DNA of 64,000 nucleotides, from the NCBI GenBank assembly GCA_964057225.1, contig OZ059896.1:17174001-17238000 (forward strand), read 5' to 3'. Each line of letters begins with the position of its first letter. Position 1 is the stretch's first letter. The notes below the pieces were generated by a model. It saw only the letters and a program-made list of their open reading frames with translations, was not told the origin of the DNA and made no database searches. Shown in pieces: positions 44,298-57,400 of this stretch. The position numbers and the translations under genes were made by a program. This DNA comes from Auanema rhodensis (taxonomy: Eukaryota > Animalia > Nematoda).

Positions 44298-46373
44298 TTA
44301 GAAATCTAATTATCTTTGATAAATACATAAGCAAATTGCAAAAATAATTCCAAAACACGATTTTGCTGAAATCATTAGCTATAACGATGAAGATTTAAAT
44401 GAAATATTGTAACGAAAAAAAGTATATACAGACTACTCTAGTATTGAAATTCTAGTTCGACTTCAGATGTGTACCATCGAACTTGAATTCTTTGCTCCGC
44501 CTACGTCCATGAGCGGACATTCTCGAATCAACAAGCTTGGAATTTGAAAGAGAAAACATGGTCATTTTGTTGGGATTTTCGGCAAAAAAATTATCAAATT
44601 ATCCAGAAATTATCGATTATTAACTGTTCGGTTTTAGTACAAATCTTAATCTAAGGTTAGCGAGTAAAATCGATGTGACCAGCTATTTATGAATGATAAT
44701 GAAAGCTGACTGTGTAGTTCTTGAATGGAGATGTCAGGTCCCATTTCTACTGAGGCTGTGTTTGGTTCTCCTCTTCTCGCTCTTTCTATCTGTATATCTC
44801 TCTCTGTCACCATATTTTCCGCTCTCTCTGTTCATCTCTTTTGACTACTATTTCCGTTCTATTGCTACTTTTCCTCCTCTTTAACTTTCTTTATGCTCCT
44901 TTGTCTGATCATCTCAACCTCATCCATAAGCACTGCTTTCTATCAGCTCTTCCAGCTTCTTCCTCCTGTTGCTCATCTTCTGCTCTACTCTTTCGTCCTC
45001 TGTCCGCATCATCCTTAGAAGAACTGCAGATGGCGACCAAACAGAATTTCCTTTATTAACACAAATTCTATCAAATATGGCATCTAAATAAAGTCAATAC
45101 TACGCTACCAGGTTGAGGGGTGAAAAAGTTTGTTAGATCACACATATCGTTAGGCAATTAATTCAATTAATAGAGTAATAAAATCTTTCAACTTTTTTAG
45201 GAAGCAAATTGAAACTGATTCAGGCTATATATTGTTAATATCAACTGTGATCATGTTCCTTTATTCGAAACTTCCTTGATCGATGTACCTCGGATCAGAG
45301 CTTATATCAAACTTTTACCACCACATACACCAAAAAAGTTGAACTGTACCCAAAGAGCTGTCTAAATCAATGGTTCTTGTTGTTATTTTATTGTACCAGA
45401 TCCTATGAATCTTTGATCATTTTCATTTATGAATATGTTGCAGTCTGCTGTGTCTAATGAATTCATGATTCAATTAATAAAACCATTTTTTGTTATGAGA
45501 GAGAGTTGTGGACTCATTAGAAATCAAAAATTATAGATAACAACTCATCGAGTACCGAGATTATCTGCTGCTTTATCAAATTATAAAAATTTTCAAAAGT
45601 AATACTATATATTAAATATGTCATCCAACTAATAATAGCTTAACATTGTAGCTTTTTAAAGAATTGCTCTTAAAACGTATTACCGATATTTTCATAATTT
45701 TTCATATCAAACATGATTAATATTAATAACACATAGAAGTGCCAAAACTGTTTCCAACACACCATATATGTATTTCATCAGTTGCTACGTTAAACATAGC
45801 GTTTATAATGCAAATATAGGCTTATTAAATTATGAAAGCAATTCTAATTCTATTTTGTTTTCAAAAGAAGTAATATATTATTCTTTATTGCTTAATGAAG
45901 AAAGTAAGTTTAACTTTTACCAGAATATTAGCATTTCCCGATTGAGTCATGAGAATTGATGCTTTTTTTTTCTGTCGCTATGTGGATTCGAACATTAGCA
46001 TTAGCATAATCTATCAGATACAATCAATAATATAGTTTGTACATGCTAATGTTCTAAATTTTAAAGAAATATGTTTGAGGAAAACTTATAAATGTGTATG
46101 ATAGTAGTCTTTGTTACACAAAGATCCTCAACTTGCTTATATCTCTTTTGATATTGAAAAGAAAACAATGTCGAATTTTCAATGCATTTTCTCTTTGTTT
46201 GCATAATTTGTTCGATCTATTAGTCATATATGATTTAGATATTCATTTAACCAAATTAAATATTAATTAAAAATAGGAAAAACATGAAATAATGCATTTC
46301 ATTGAGTGGTAATAGAGCGTATGTCGGTTCCTCGCATACTGTGCTTGCAAATACGCAACTGCGTATAGCTTGA

Positions 46374-46383
46374 TTCACGTGAA
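46374..46383. promoter_or_regulatory. Palindromic E-box TTCACGTGAA in the helicase promoter
   Basis: 10-bp palindrome about 190 nt upstream of ATG 46576, next to the interrupted palindrome TACGCAACTGCGTA; bHLH-ZIP (HLH-30/MXL-type) consensus. Confidence 0.35.
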
Positions 46384-46575
46384 CTTTCCAGACATATTTG
46401 ATTGCTTTCATAAGTTTATTCAAATTTCAGATAATATTCTGCATTTCCTTTACATTTTATGGACAGAGAGTATTTAAGTCAATGTTTTATCTATTCGTTT
46501 TTCTATTAGTTTCCTGTATTCACTTATTTTTTCTCATATTTGTTGTTGTAGAGAAAGATCTTATGTGTTTATGTA

Positions 46576-49500
46576 ATGTCGCAAGGAGGGTCTGTGCAGT
46601 TTTCTATGAGCTTAAATAAAGGGACATCTTCAAATGGTGAGCCAAATCAAGAGGGAGAAAATAGTAATTCCCCTGGAAACGGTAATTTCTTTGTATTTTA
46701 TATGTATTGATGTCGTAGTTTAGTTTATACCTCAAATGCTCCCGCAGACGAAAGAGAAGAAGTGAAGAAAGATTCGGAAAGTGCCAAAAAAGATGGGAGA
46801 CTAATTTCTGTTAATGTTCCGACTGGGAAAAATTCTAGGAAGAGAAAGCAGATTTTGTAACTATTTTTTGAAATATCAATAAGATAATGAATTGTTTCAG
46901 GACTGATTTTGATAGCCCCAACTTACTTAATTACTCTGCTTTATCTGCTCAACAAAAAGAAAAAGAACGGTTAGAACGTCTGAAAGCCAAAGATAATGTA
47001 AGTTCTTACTATATTCATTTCTTAACTTATTATCAATTAGGAAAATGACCATCTTGATCAATTCGCTGCTTTACACGCTAGCCAAGATTTTTCTCCTCTT
47101 CCAGTTTTTGATGCAGATGATATAGATGAGGTTAGAAGTTCAAATTTTTAGCTATTGTAACCGAATTAGTTGATTTAGATTACGGGGTTCAATGATAAAT
47201 ATATGTCACAAAATGTTGGCCCGTCAACATCAAGAGCTCAACCTGAGGTAGTAGTTTATTTAAAATCTCTTGTACATGGCTTTTGCTGTTATAGGTTATT
47301 GATCTTTCTAGTGATGATGAAGATGATATTCAGGAAGTAGGAGTTTTTCGCAGAGTTGTGGAACCTAAAACTACTATTGGTATCCTTTTTATTTAATTTT
47401 TTTTCAAAATTAAAATTACAGCCAAAAGACAAAGATGGTTTATGTCAGATAAGGAACGAGTGAGTGATATGATTTATTTTATCAACTTAACTGCTTGATT
47501 TAGGCTGTTCGTGAAACTATGGATCACCAACATCGTATCGAGCAGCAGCGACTCAGGAAGCGGCAAAATGTTGGGGATATAGAGCATTTAGATCTTACTA
47601 GTGGGAAGCTCATCGTTAATAGAGGTTGTTATCTTTTTTTCGCTTTTGAAGTATAATTCGATTTTATAGGCCACCCTCCCCAGGATCCTGATATCGCAGT
47701 AGCTACGCATTTAACTCATGTTTTACAACCTCATCAGCTAGGAGGTATTCGTTTTATGTAAGTTTCTATAATTTGTTTTATTACCTTATTAATACTTAAA
47801 GGTATGACAATGTTGTGGAGTCACTAGATGAGTATAACAATAGTCCTGGGTTTGGTTGTATTCTAGCACATAGTATGGGTCTGGGAAAAACATTACAAGT
47901 AACATCAATGTTTCAACTAACAATTAATGATATATTGTATATTTTTAGGTAATTACTTTTACCGAAATTTTTTTTCGAGCTACTCGAGCTCATAAAGCCC
48001 TCATAATAGTTCCCGTTAATACGCTTCAAAATTGGTGGAATGAATTTGATAAATGGCTACCAAAGTTGGTGAAATTTAACAAATTACTTACTTCTTATTT
48101 ATTTTAGAACTGATGTATCAGGTGCACCTATTCGAAATTTTGAAGTTTTTCTTTTGGGAGATTTAGTAAAGACTTTTGATCAACGAGTAAATTTATTAGG
48201 TAAGTAATACTGTTTTACACTTTATTGTTTTTTCTTTCTTAAGAAAGATGGAATGAAACTGGTGGCGTTTTGTTGATAGGATATGATCTATTCCGACTTT
48301 TAATTCGAGCAACTCAGCCTAAGAAGCCTAGTCGTATGAAAATTAATTTCATCAATGGACAAAAGGTTTTTTTCCTATAAGTTTCTTTATACATTTTTTT
48401 TCTTCCAGGTTAATAGAGATGAGCCTGTTGATGATTACAACAAGGGATATACTAATGACGGTCGCATCAAGTATGAAGCAAATCAAAGTAAGTATCCATC
48501 ATAGTTTTTCTTTTTTTTATTAAATAATAATTTGAGTTGTTCGCCGAGCATTGCTTGATCCCGGACCAAACTTAGTAGTTTGTGATGAAGGACACAAAAT
48601 TAAAAATTTAAATACAGATATATCAACTGCATTGAGTTCTATTAAGACAACGTAAGATTTTGAAAATATTTTGTTCTTCAAATTGAATTGAAATATTTTA
48701 AGAAGAAGAATAGTTTTAACTGGTTATCCGTTGCAAAATAATTTAATGGAGTATTATTGTATGGTTGACTTTGTCCGTCCAAAATATTTGGGAGAAAGAA
48801 AATCATTTTCGCTAATGTTTGAGAGGCCAATAAAGAATGGCCAGTGCGTAGATTCAACTCCAGGTTTGTCCCTTCTTTTTTTCTGGATTTTATTTTTGTT
48901 TTTTAGGGGATGTTAAAGTAGCACTTCAGCGTACTCACGTTTTAGTTGAAATGTTAAAAGGATTTGTTCAAAGGTATTTATATAGTTTATTCTTATTTTT
49001 ATGTTCATCTTTTTCTCAGGAGGACTCATCATTTATTGAAATCTATACTTCCTGTGAGCAAGGAATACGTACTTCTTTTAAGGAAAAGTCCTCTACAACA
49101 TGCACTGTACAGGTATACACCTCATTTTTTTCTTGAAACTTGAGCAGAATATTCTTTTAGAAATTTTTTATTATATGCAAATGCTGAAGTTCAAAAAGGC
49201 GGATCCGTGTTTAATCCTTTGAAGGCTTTCGCAGCCTGTTCTAAGGTTTCTTTACCTACCATGAAGACTTTTTAAAATTCACATTAAAGATTTGGAATCA
49301 CCCGGATGTACTAGCGAGAACAGTAGTTAGAAAAAACAATGATAAGATCAAACAAGAGCAAAAGAAACAACAAGTATCGTTATATTATAAGAATTATTCC
49401 CTTACATATTATAATTTTAGGCCTCATCTCAAGCTGAACAGAGACCTATGACCCTTGCAGATGCTTTCAATCAAAATAATTATGCTCCAGTGACTCATCG

Positions 49501-51863
49501 TACTTTATGGGATGGTCTTGGTTATGCAAACGATTTGTGAGTCTTAAAGTCATCTTTAATTAGAAATAGTTTCCTTATAGAGATATAGCTGATGCTGACG
49601 ACGAGCCTGTTGATAAGCCTAGAAGGCGTTCACGCAAAAATTTGGTTTCCGCTATATTGGATGATTTTGAAGAGGAAGATCAAGGATTAAAGTACGATTG
49701 GGTAAAATGTGGCTTTTTAAATTGTGAACAGATATCCATATTTAAGGCCGAAATTGCTCTACAGCATCACAAACTAGGTCAAATTGAGCATGGATATAAA
49801 ATGAAAATTGCTTTAGATATTATTAACGAAACTACTCGTTTTAACGAAAAAATATTACTGTTCAGGTAATTTCAATCCATATTTTTCAGTGTAAACTGCT
49901 GATTTAGCCAAAACCTTACTGCACTTGATCTGATCGAAGAATATTTATTTAAACGTTATGTAACTACATCTACTTCAACGGAAGAAGAGTTTTGGGTTAA
50001 AAACAAAAATTATTTTCGTAAGTTTTATTTTTTTGTTTTTAACTCATTCACTTCTCCAGGATTGGATGGGTCAACTAACGGTACAGAGAGAGAAAAGTTA
50101 ATAAATAAATTTAATAATGATCCTTCCATTCGTCTTTTCTTGATTTCTACCAGGGCTGGATCATTAGGTATCAATCTGGTATGTTATAAGACTATTTGTT
50201 TCGTTTCACAATTATTATAATTAGGTTTCTGCTAACCGATGTATCATATTGGATGCTTGTTGGAATCCATGTCATGATGCTCAAGCTGTATGCCGTGTTT
50301 ATAGGTATCCGCAGTTGATTGGAAAGCTTCTTAATCATTATTTAAAGATATGGTCAGCAGAAAAAAACGTATATTTATCGATTAGTTATGGATAATTCTA
50401 TGGAAAAGGCTATTTTCAATAGACAAGTCAGTAAGCATGGGTTACAACGTAAGTTTGAAAGCCAGTAAAACTTGTTGTATGGATTGTCGTTTCAGAGCGG
50501 GTAGTAGATGATGCCAAAGTAGAAGCTAATGTTACTCAAAAAGAATTAGAAACTTTGCTGATGTATGACGTAAGTTGAATTGTACTCGAACTATTATATT
50601 TGTTGCTTCATAGGAGTCAAAAGATGTTGTACATTCAGAATGGGATACTTCGCTTTGGAATATTGAAGATCCCATCTTAGCTAGAGTAGTTCAAAGAAAT
50701 AGTAAAATGCTTTCTCAAGTATGTGTTATCTAGTCAACGTATATTTGCAAGCACCCTTTTAGGAACCGTTCCTGCATGAATCACTCATTTTGGAGAAGGA
50801 AGAAGGATTGAGCGAACAAGAAAAACGGGAAGCTCAATTACTCTACGAGAAAGAAAGAGCAGCAGAGGTTTATTATCACATTGGTATGCTTTATCAGTCT
50901 CTTTTTAGGTCTCTGCTCCTTATGAAGTTCTTGACAGACTCCCACCTGCTCCGCGGCAAGTTAGACCTGGTGATCCAATAAACATGTTTGGGTACACTAC
51001 AAGCATTGATAAACTTTTATTTATCTCTTTACTTAAGGTCTATTGTAAATAATGGCATTAATCCGTTACGTCCTACACCTTATCCAAATGAAATAGAGCA
51101 AATTGATTATCGACTGCCAGTAACGTAAGCTATTTCCCCTTTTTCTGATGTATACATATACTTTCTAGTATGAATTCTTCTGGTGGAGGCATAACTATGG
51201 CTGGAGCCATGAATGGTATGACTGACATCAGTAGGCCGTATTTAAGAAATCCTATGTATTCTAATTCAGGACATCCAATGGTTTGTGTTTATGCTTTCTT
51301 TTTACTCATTTCATCATTTAGCTTAATCATCATCCGTTTGATATGAATCAACAGAACGGTTATATCGCTCCTCAGATAGGTAATGACTTTTAATTTGAAA
51401 ATTATTTTTAAAACATTTTTAGATATCTCTAAATGGGTCCCTGGTCTTTTTTTCCCTGGTGCCGAACGTGCATCTGAAGTTATTTCAAGCCGAGCAGGTA
51501 CTATGCAGAGAATTTTACTTGATCGAGGTATGCGTCCCCATTTTTTTCAGTTTTTAACTTGCTCTATTTAGATCATCGTTTACCTCTTGTACAGGATGCT
51601 TCGCAGTATCGTTTTTTACCTAAGGGTTCTGAAGTTATTCTTGTAAGGGCAGGCACAGGAGGTGTTTTCATTAAAACTTCTAATGGTGAAATAGTGAACG
51701 CAGAAGGAACTGTTTTCACAGGGGGTAATATCGAACATATGAATCTTCAATTAATGTTTCCTTTGTAGTTAATCCAGCTCCTGGTTACTTTGCTTCTAAT
51801 TCGCTTCGGTTACCGCCTCCTTTAATAACGAAAAGTGCTCCCGAAGTCATTGATCTTGACTGA
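46576..51863 (+). CDS. rad-26: SNF2-family helicase ARIP4/RAD54L2 (ATRX-related)
   Basis: [19 protein letters not shown]; [18 protein letters not shown]; [12 protein letters not shown]; [13 protein letters not shown]; [22 protein letters not shown]; RLDGST; [13 protein letters not shown]; [18 protein letters not shown]; dozens of short introns; ends EVIDLD*. Confidence 0.93.
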
Positions 51864-52217
51864 TGTGTGTATGCTCATTTTATATCAAATTTTGATCTCA
51901 ATTTGCTTGTTTAATTCTCATTTAATTTACCTTGATTGCCAGCTGTGTATCACACAACGCAAACCTTTAAAAGGCTTGTGATTTAAAAACATTTGTGCCT
52001 TAGGCCGCTTTGAGTTTATATTTTAGCTTGCATCTCATTACTATTATGTATATATCGAGCGATATATTCATTTCAATATGTATAGATATAATTCATCAAT
52101 TTGTTTCTCCCTTTTTTATTTTTCGTGTATGCCTTAAGCCCAATTAGCATTACGCTGTGATCTCTTTTATTTTGTAGATAGTTTATTAATCTTCTCAGTA
52201 TGAAAATATCTTTTGAA

Positions 52218-52863
52218 TCAGTGTTTTTTAACTTTTTTTGCATCTGATACGATTTCTTCGTCTTTGGGAAATTGAGATTGAGGGAAAGCGAATTCACAAC
52301 GAACAAGGAAATCAACATCAGAAGTACGGCATCTAAATGAAAATTTCATGAAATAGTGTTCAAAAAATATATAAACATACTTCTTTTCAGTCCACATGAA
52401 GAAATCGGTTTCCTTTTTCTCGATTTTATAGGTTATAGAACCAAAGCATTGTCTATGATTATTAGGGCTTCTTCTAATGAGATAAACTGTATCAGCTTTA
52501 GGACAAAGTAAGTTGCAATATGTTCGATCTTTTCCATTCACATTTTCCTTAAAATAGAGAAATAGTTTCTACACATATGCTGAAAAATACTTCATGACAA
52601 GGATCCAAAGTTACATTCCTAGGAGTGTCATCATTTTCCTTACTAAGCATTTGAATAGTACATGATGATGGGTCAATACCAATAGCACTAGAACGGCAAC
52701 TCAAATATCTCCATTCTGTAAAGATAAAATGAAAAATGATAACAGTATTTGCAAAAAAACTGATTACATAACAAGTTCTGAGTAACTTACGCCAGTGAAC
52801 GCTGTTTTCAGCGGTTATAAGGAAAGGAAGTACAGATAAGAAACACAGAGCATAGCGGATCAT
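52218..52863 (-). CDS. Nematode-type secreted 6-cysteine protein (4 exons)
   Basis: Signal peptide MIRYALCFLSVLPFLITA; EWRYLSC..C..C|..YCNLLCPKADTVYLI..QCFGSITYKIEKK..FMW..CRTSDVDFLVRCEF; spliced in frame. Confidence 0.85.
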
Positions 52864-53571
52864 GATTATTATGAAGTTATATCAAAGAAATTTGCTTTTA
52901 TATAATGAGGTCAAGATAGTCCAAAACTGGTCATTGTTCTATGCTAAGGGAGTCGAATATGAGATGCCGGTATTTGAAACAATAGACCCACTTATATGAT
53001 GATCAACTTCTCTTTTAAAAGCATAATATAATGATTGAATATATTATATATTTTTAGAAATCATTACTTGAAATTGAAATGGGAATTGAATAAAATTGTG
53101 ATCTACTAAACTTAAATTTATCATAATTTTGCGTGTTTTGAATGAATGCAACCGCTCGCTCTACACGTAGTAAAAAAGTAAAATCAATAAAATCATATAT
53201 GAAATCACTAAATTCAACTGGTTGTATAATTACTTTAAATTGGAAATACAGCATTAAACAAAATGAAAACAATAACAAACGTCGTAAATCGGCTCAATCG
53301 TCTTATTTCAGGAGCACGAATTCTCTTCGCTGTAAAACTAAAATAATAGGTTTGAGCAGCGCTCCAAATTAGTTGGATCATTTGAGCTATTTTAATATAT
53401 TCCATATGGCTCATTACTCATTTTCTTGTTCATCAAATATTTTAAAATATTTATATTGCCGTATATTTTTCAATTAATAATAAAGCAAAGGCTATTTCAA
53501 GGGGATTTTCGCCCCATGGTCACATGTTTATTTTCTTGTTTATGTCTGGCTTATGCAAGCTTTTGTTTTAG

Positions 53572-54298
53572 ATGGATGAACGCTTAATTAACTTTACGCT
53601 ATCCAAATCTTCCAAAGTTTTACTCAATACATCTAAAATTGGCCTTTCAAAGGTGTGTAGTTGATTTTGATTGATATAATGTTTTCAAAAGGTTGAGAGG
53701 CTTGCTGATAAACAGAAAGAACTTGAAAGAGCTCAATTGCATGTTAAGAGAGCTGCCTGTATAAAGGCGAGAAAACTGCTTTTGAACCAGCAATTCAAAG
53801 TAGAAGGTGACTCCCGAGCATTTAAAAAAATATGACCCTATTCTGCTTCCTTTCAGACTTTATCGATGATTTATCATTATTGAAAAGCTGGTCAAAGCAA
53901 GCTGCTATTTTGAATCAAAGATTAATTGAACCAGTCAGTTATCACTTTCAAATGCTTTCAAATTTTGTTCACCTTGCAGTATGTACCCGTTACTTTTTTT
54001 TCTTCATTACCAAACCTCGGTACTAACGAGGATGGGTTCGCATTTTCCACGATTAACAAAGGTCGACTAGCTTCATTCGCCCTTTTCTGGAAGACAACTG
54101 ATGCTGGTATAAACTTTACAAAATTTCCATTATTGATTATTTGTTTCTCCAGAATCCTCATGCTCTTTAGAATTAATTAATGGATTCAAGCTTAATTTTA
54201 AAGAAGAAGATATTATTCCCTTATTAAAAAAACATATGAAAAGAAAAGCTTTCTTTCTAGATTTTATTGTTAATGTAGTGTGGCCTATGTTCGAATAG
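53572..54298 (+). CDS. Uncharacterised 181-aa protein: N-terminal coiled coil plus small globular C-terminal domain (5 exons)
   Basis: TTTTAG-ATG start; exons 53572-53652, 53692-53806, 53857-53933, 53980-54106 and 54153-54298 join in frame (546 nt); ends FIVNVVWPMFE*. Confidence 0.8.
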
Positions 54299-54457
54299 CT
54301 AATTTTGTCTTAAAATTCGTTTTTTTTAGTAAAAGAAAATCTTTTGTTGCTTTACTTTGAAGTGTTATTTTAGGCTGTGCTGCCAACCAATTTATGGTTT
54401 TTTTCAATTCCAATTTATAGATATTCAAGTGATTTCTTTTAGATATTTTTACCATAG

Positions 54458-57400
54458 ATGTCTTTTTTCGGTTTAGGAGGTAAATCTACTGAAAAGGCAA
54501 GTTTTTTTTTTCGGTTTCTATAACTATGTTGTGTTGCATCGATTTGCTTCTATACAAAACATGTTATTGCCTCCCGTCGTTCTTCTCCAATTGTCCCTCT
54601 TCCTCTCCTCCTCTTTTACATTGAGTCTCTCTGTTTATTTCATTTTCCACGATCTATCTCATAATGTGTTGGTCATTTTATGTTTTAAATGATTATTATT
54701 TTCCTTTGAGTCCTTCTCATGGAGTTCTCATTACGACATTTAACGTCAATTCAATTATTCCTCTCGTTTTTATTAAGGTTTCGTTATCGGCCATGCAAAA
54801 GTATGATATGTCTACGAATATTTCTCCTTGCGAATCAAGTATATCTAGTGATTGTGAAAGTGACAGTCATGCTGACTTAGAATTCGATGAGTCAAGCGTC
54901 TTAAGGTTTTTATTTACCTTGCCGTTGTTAGTTTATCATGCAATCTTTCAGTTATTTTTCTGTTGTTTCTAACTATATTTGGAAAAGCGGCAGAAAGCCT
55001 TCTTATGCTTTTGGCGCAGACTCGTAAGTATTTCCTGTATGCTCATGAAGTGAATATATTACTTGTTCTAGATGGGTTCCTCCGGATGCGAATGAGGTTT
55101 TAGAAGTACCTCCGAATGTGGTGATTCAGTATAAAAAGGTTTACCCTTTGATTGGTGAGGTTTGAAGATTGGTATTTATTTGATTTTCCCTTTCAGGAGA
55201 GGAAGATTTGAACTCGAATGGCGCATTTTATGTTATGTCAGCTGATGAGGTTAAGCGGAATCCAATTTCAGCTTGTATTTTGATTATTTATTCAGGGCCG
55301 CTGTAAAAAGGAAGACGATTTAGAGAATGAACAGCAACCAGATGACGTGGCTCTCAGGTACTTTTCGTTTTAATTAAATGAAAGTTGATTTGTTTTTATG
55401 TAGAATTGAGGATAAAGAAATAATGAAACCTCCATTGAATCATCTGATTTTTCGATTTTGGACTGGCACCAAGGAAAACATTAGGCTACTCTCGTTGTTT
55501 CGAAGTCGAAAGGTGAATGCTATAAGAAAAGAAAGTAAATAACTGATTTCTGCAGGTTACTGATGTTATTGCACTTTGTGAAAGATGTAGAGAGTGTCGA
55601 TCTTTATTTAAATCATCTTTGAAAAGTTTGTTTTTGAGAAAGAACGTATGTGCGAAAATATCTTTTACTTATTTCAGGTTCGTCGTCTCGCTCAGAATAT
55701 GTAAAGATACTTCTAGTTATTTTACAAGAACACCTGTTATGGAAACCCATTCATATAGCCGCAGCTTTAGGCTTGGAAGAATTTTTCAAAGAGAGAAAAC
55801 ACAAAATTAAAGGGTTTGTCATTTGTTTTCCACAATCTTGATTTATTGAAATCCAATTTTAGTCAAATGCACATTTTATCACAGCCCGAAGGAATGACTC
55901 CATTAATTATTGCGGTTCAACATAATCAGTCTGTGTTACATTTATATTTGAATTCAAACTTATTGAATTCCAGAATTTCTCTTGTAAATTATTTAATTAA
56001 TAACTGTTGTGAAGACTTGTTGTTGGATTCTCGAAATCATAATAATGTGTTACATTATGCTGCGACAGCAAGTGCTGAAATGGTTAAGGTTCTCTAATTC
56101 TGAAGCTTGATCTTTTTTATTTTTATGTTTGATATTTAGCTATTGATGGAATCTCATAAATGTGAGAGTTTAATCAATGCTACTAATAACGATGGGAGTA
56201 CTCCATTTTACTTAGCTGTTATGGGGGGTAATCCATTTTGTGCCAAAGCTTTGAGATCATATGGTAACAATTTTGATATTTACAAATCTATTTTGGTTGT
56301 ATATAGGAGGTCTTCTACGGGTTCCTGGATCTCTCAAAAATGTTTCCCCATTATTGGAAGCAATGAAAAAACCAAAAATGGATATTAGGTTTGGTTCTAA
56401 ATTATGTTGAAGATTAATGATGGGATCGTTTTAGCGGATTGCAAGCTATTTTCGAATCCTATCCGGATTCTTTGAAAGACACAGATGTTTTAACTGGTAA
56501 CACTGCTTTACACGTAGTGTCTTATAAGAAAACGCTATTAGCTCTTCTGGATCTTAAGGTGAAGCTACCGTTTCGTTCCATATTTTATAATAACAAATTA
56601 ATCTAAAGGCAAATGAAATGCATCTGGATATAAGAAATTCTTTGATGCAAACTCCTTTACATGTCTATGTTCAAAGAAATGATCTGGCTTTAATCATGGC
56701 CATTGCAGCATATAATGTAAGAAATTCTCCTCTATCTATTAATATAAATAATATTAGGTGGATTTGAATGCAAAAGATAATAATGGGAATAGTCCTCTTC
56801 ATTTAGCTGCATCGGTTTGATATTAGTCTGAAAATGTTTATTGAATGTTCCCATTTCTAGAACTTAAACCTGGAAATAACAAAGGCTTTGTTGTGCCTTG
56901 GGGCTGAGCCCAATATAATTAATAATCATCGAGAAACTCCACGACATTTAGCAGCAAAATTCAAGAATAAGTTAGTTTCCATAAAAAAAGTTTTTCATCC
57001 TCTAATTATTCAGCGATTGTGCCATGGATATTGTGCGATGTCTTATTATTTGTGGAGCTCATTCATGTGTTCAGGGTTTTGTAGGATGCACAGCTAATTG
57101 TGTGCATCGTAATAATTATGTTCCAGAACCAAAACTTTGTGAAAATGGTCAGAATTGTTTTTATAAACCTATATATTAACGCTAATGAAATTCAGATGCC
57201 GAATCTACGATCTGTCGTAAATTATCGCAGCTGGCTATTGAAGCTGAATCCGCAACTAGTGCTTATGAATTTGAAATTGATCCAGATAATGATGGTAAAC
57301 CTGATCATTCCTATCGAGATTTTAATCCAGTTCGCGATTTCCCTCAACATGTAAGTCTATATTTCTGTTTTGTTGATTGTATATTTTTTCAGCAAGCTAT

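Noticed and set aside
47244-47258. TGAGGTAGTAGTTT resembles the let-7 5' end
   Set aside because: It straddles a rad-26 exon/intron junction (GAG|GTAGTAG), the match stops after about 14 nt, and there is no pre-miRNA hairpin.
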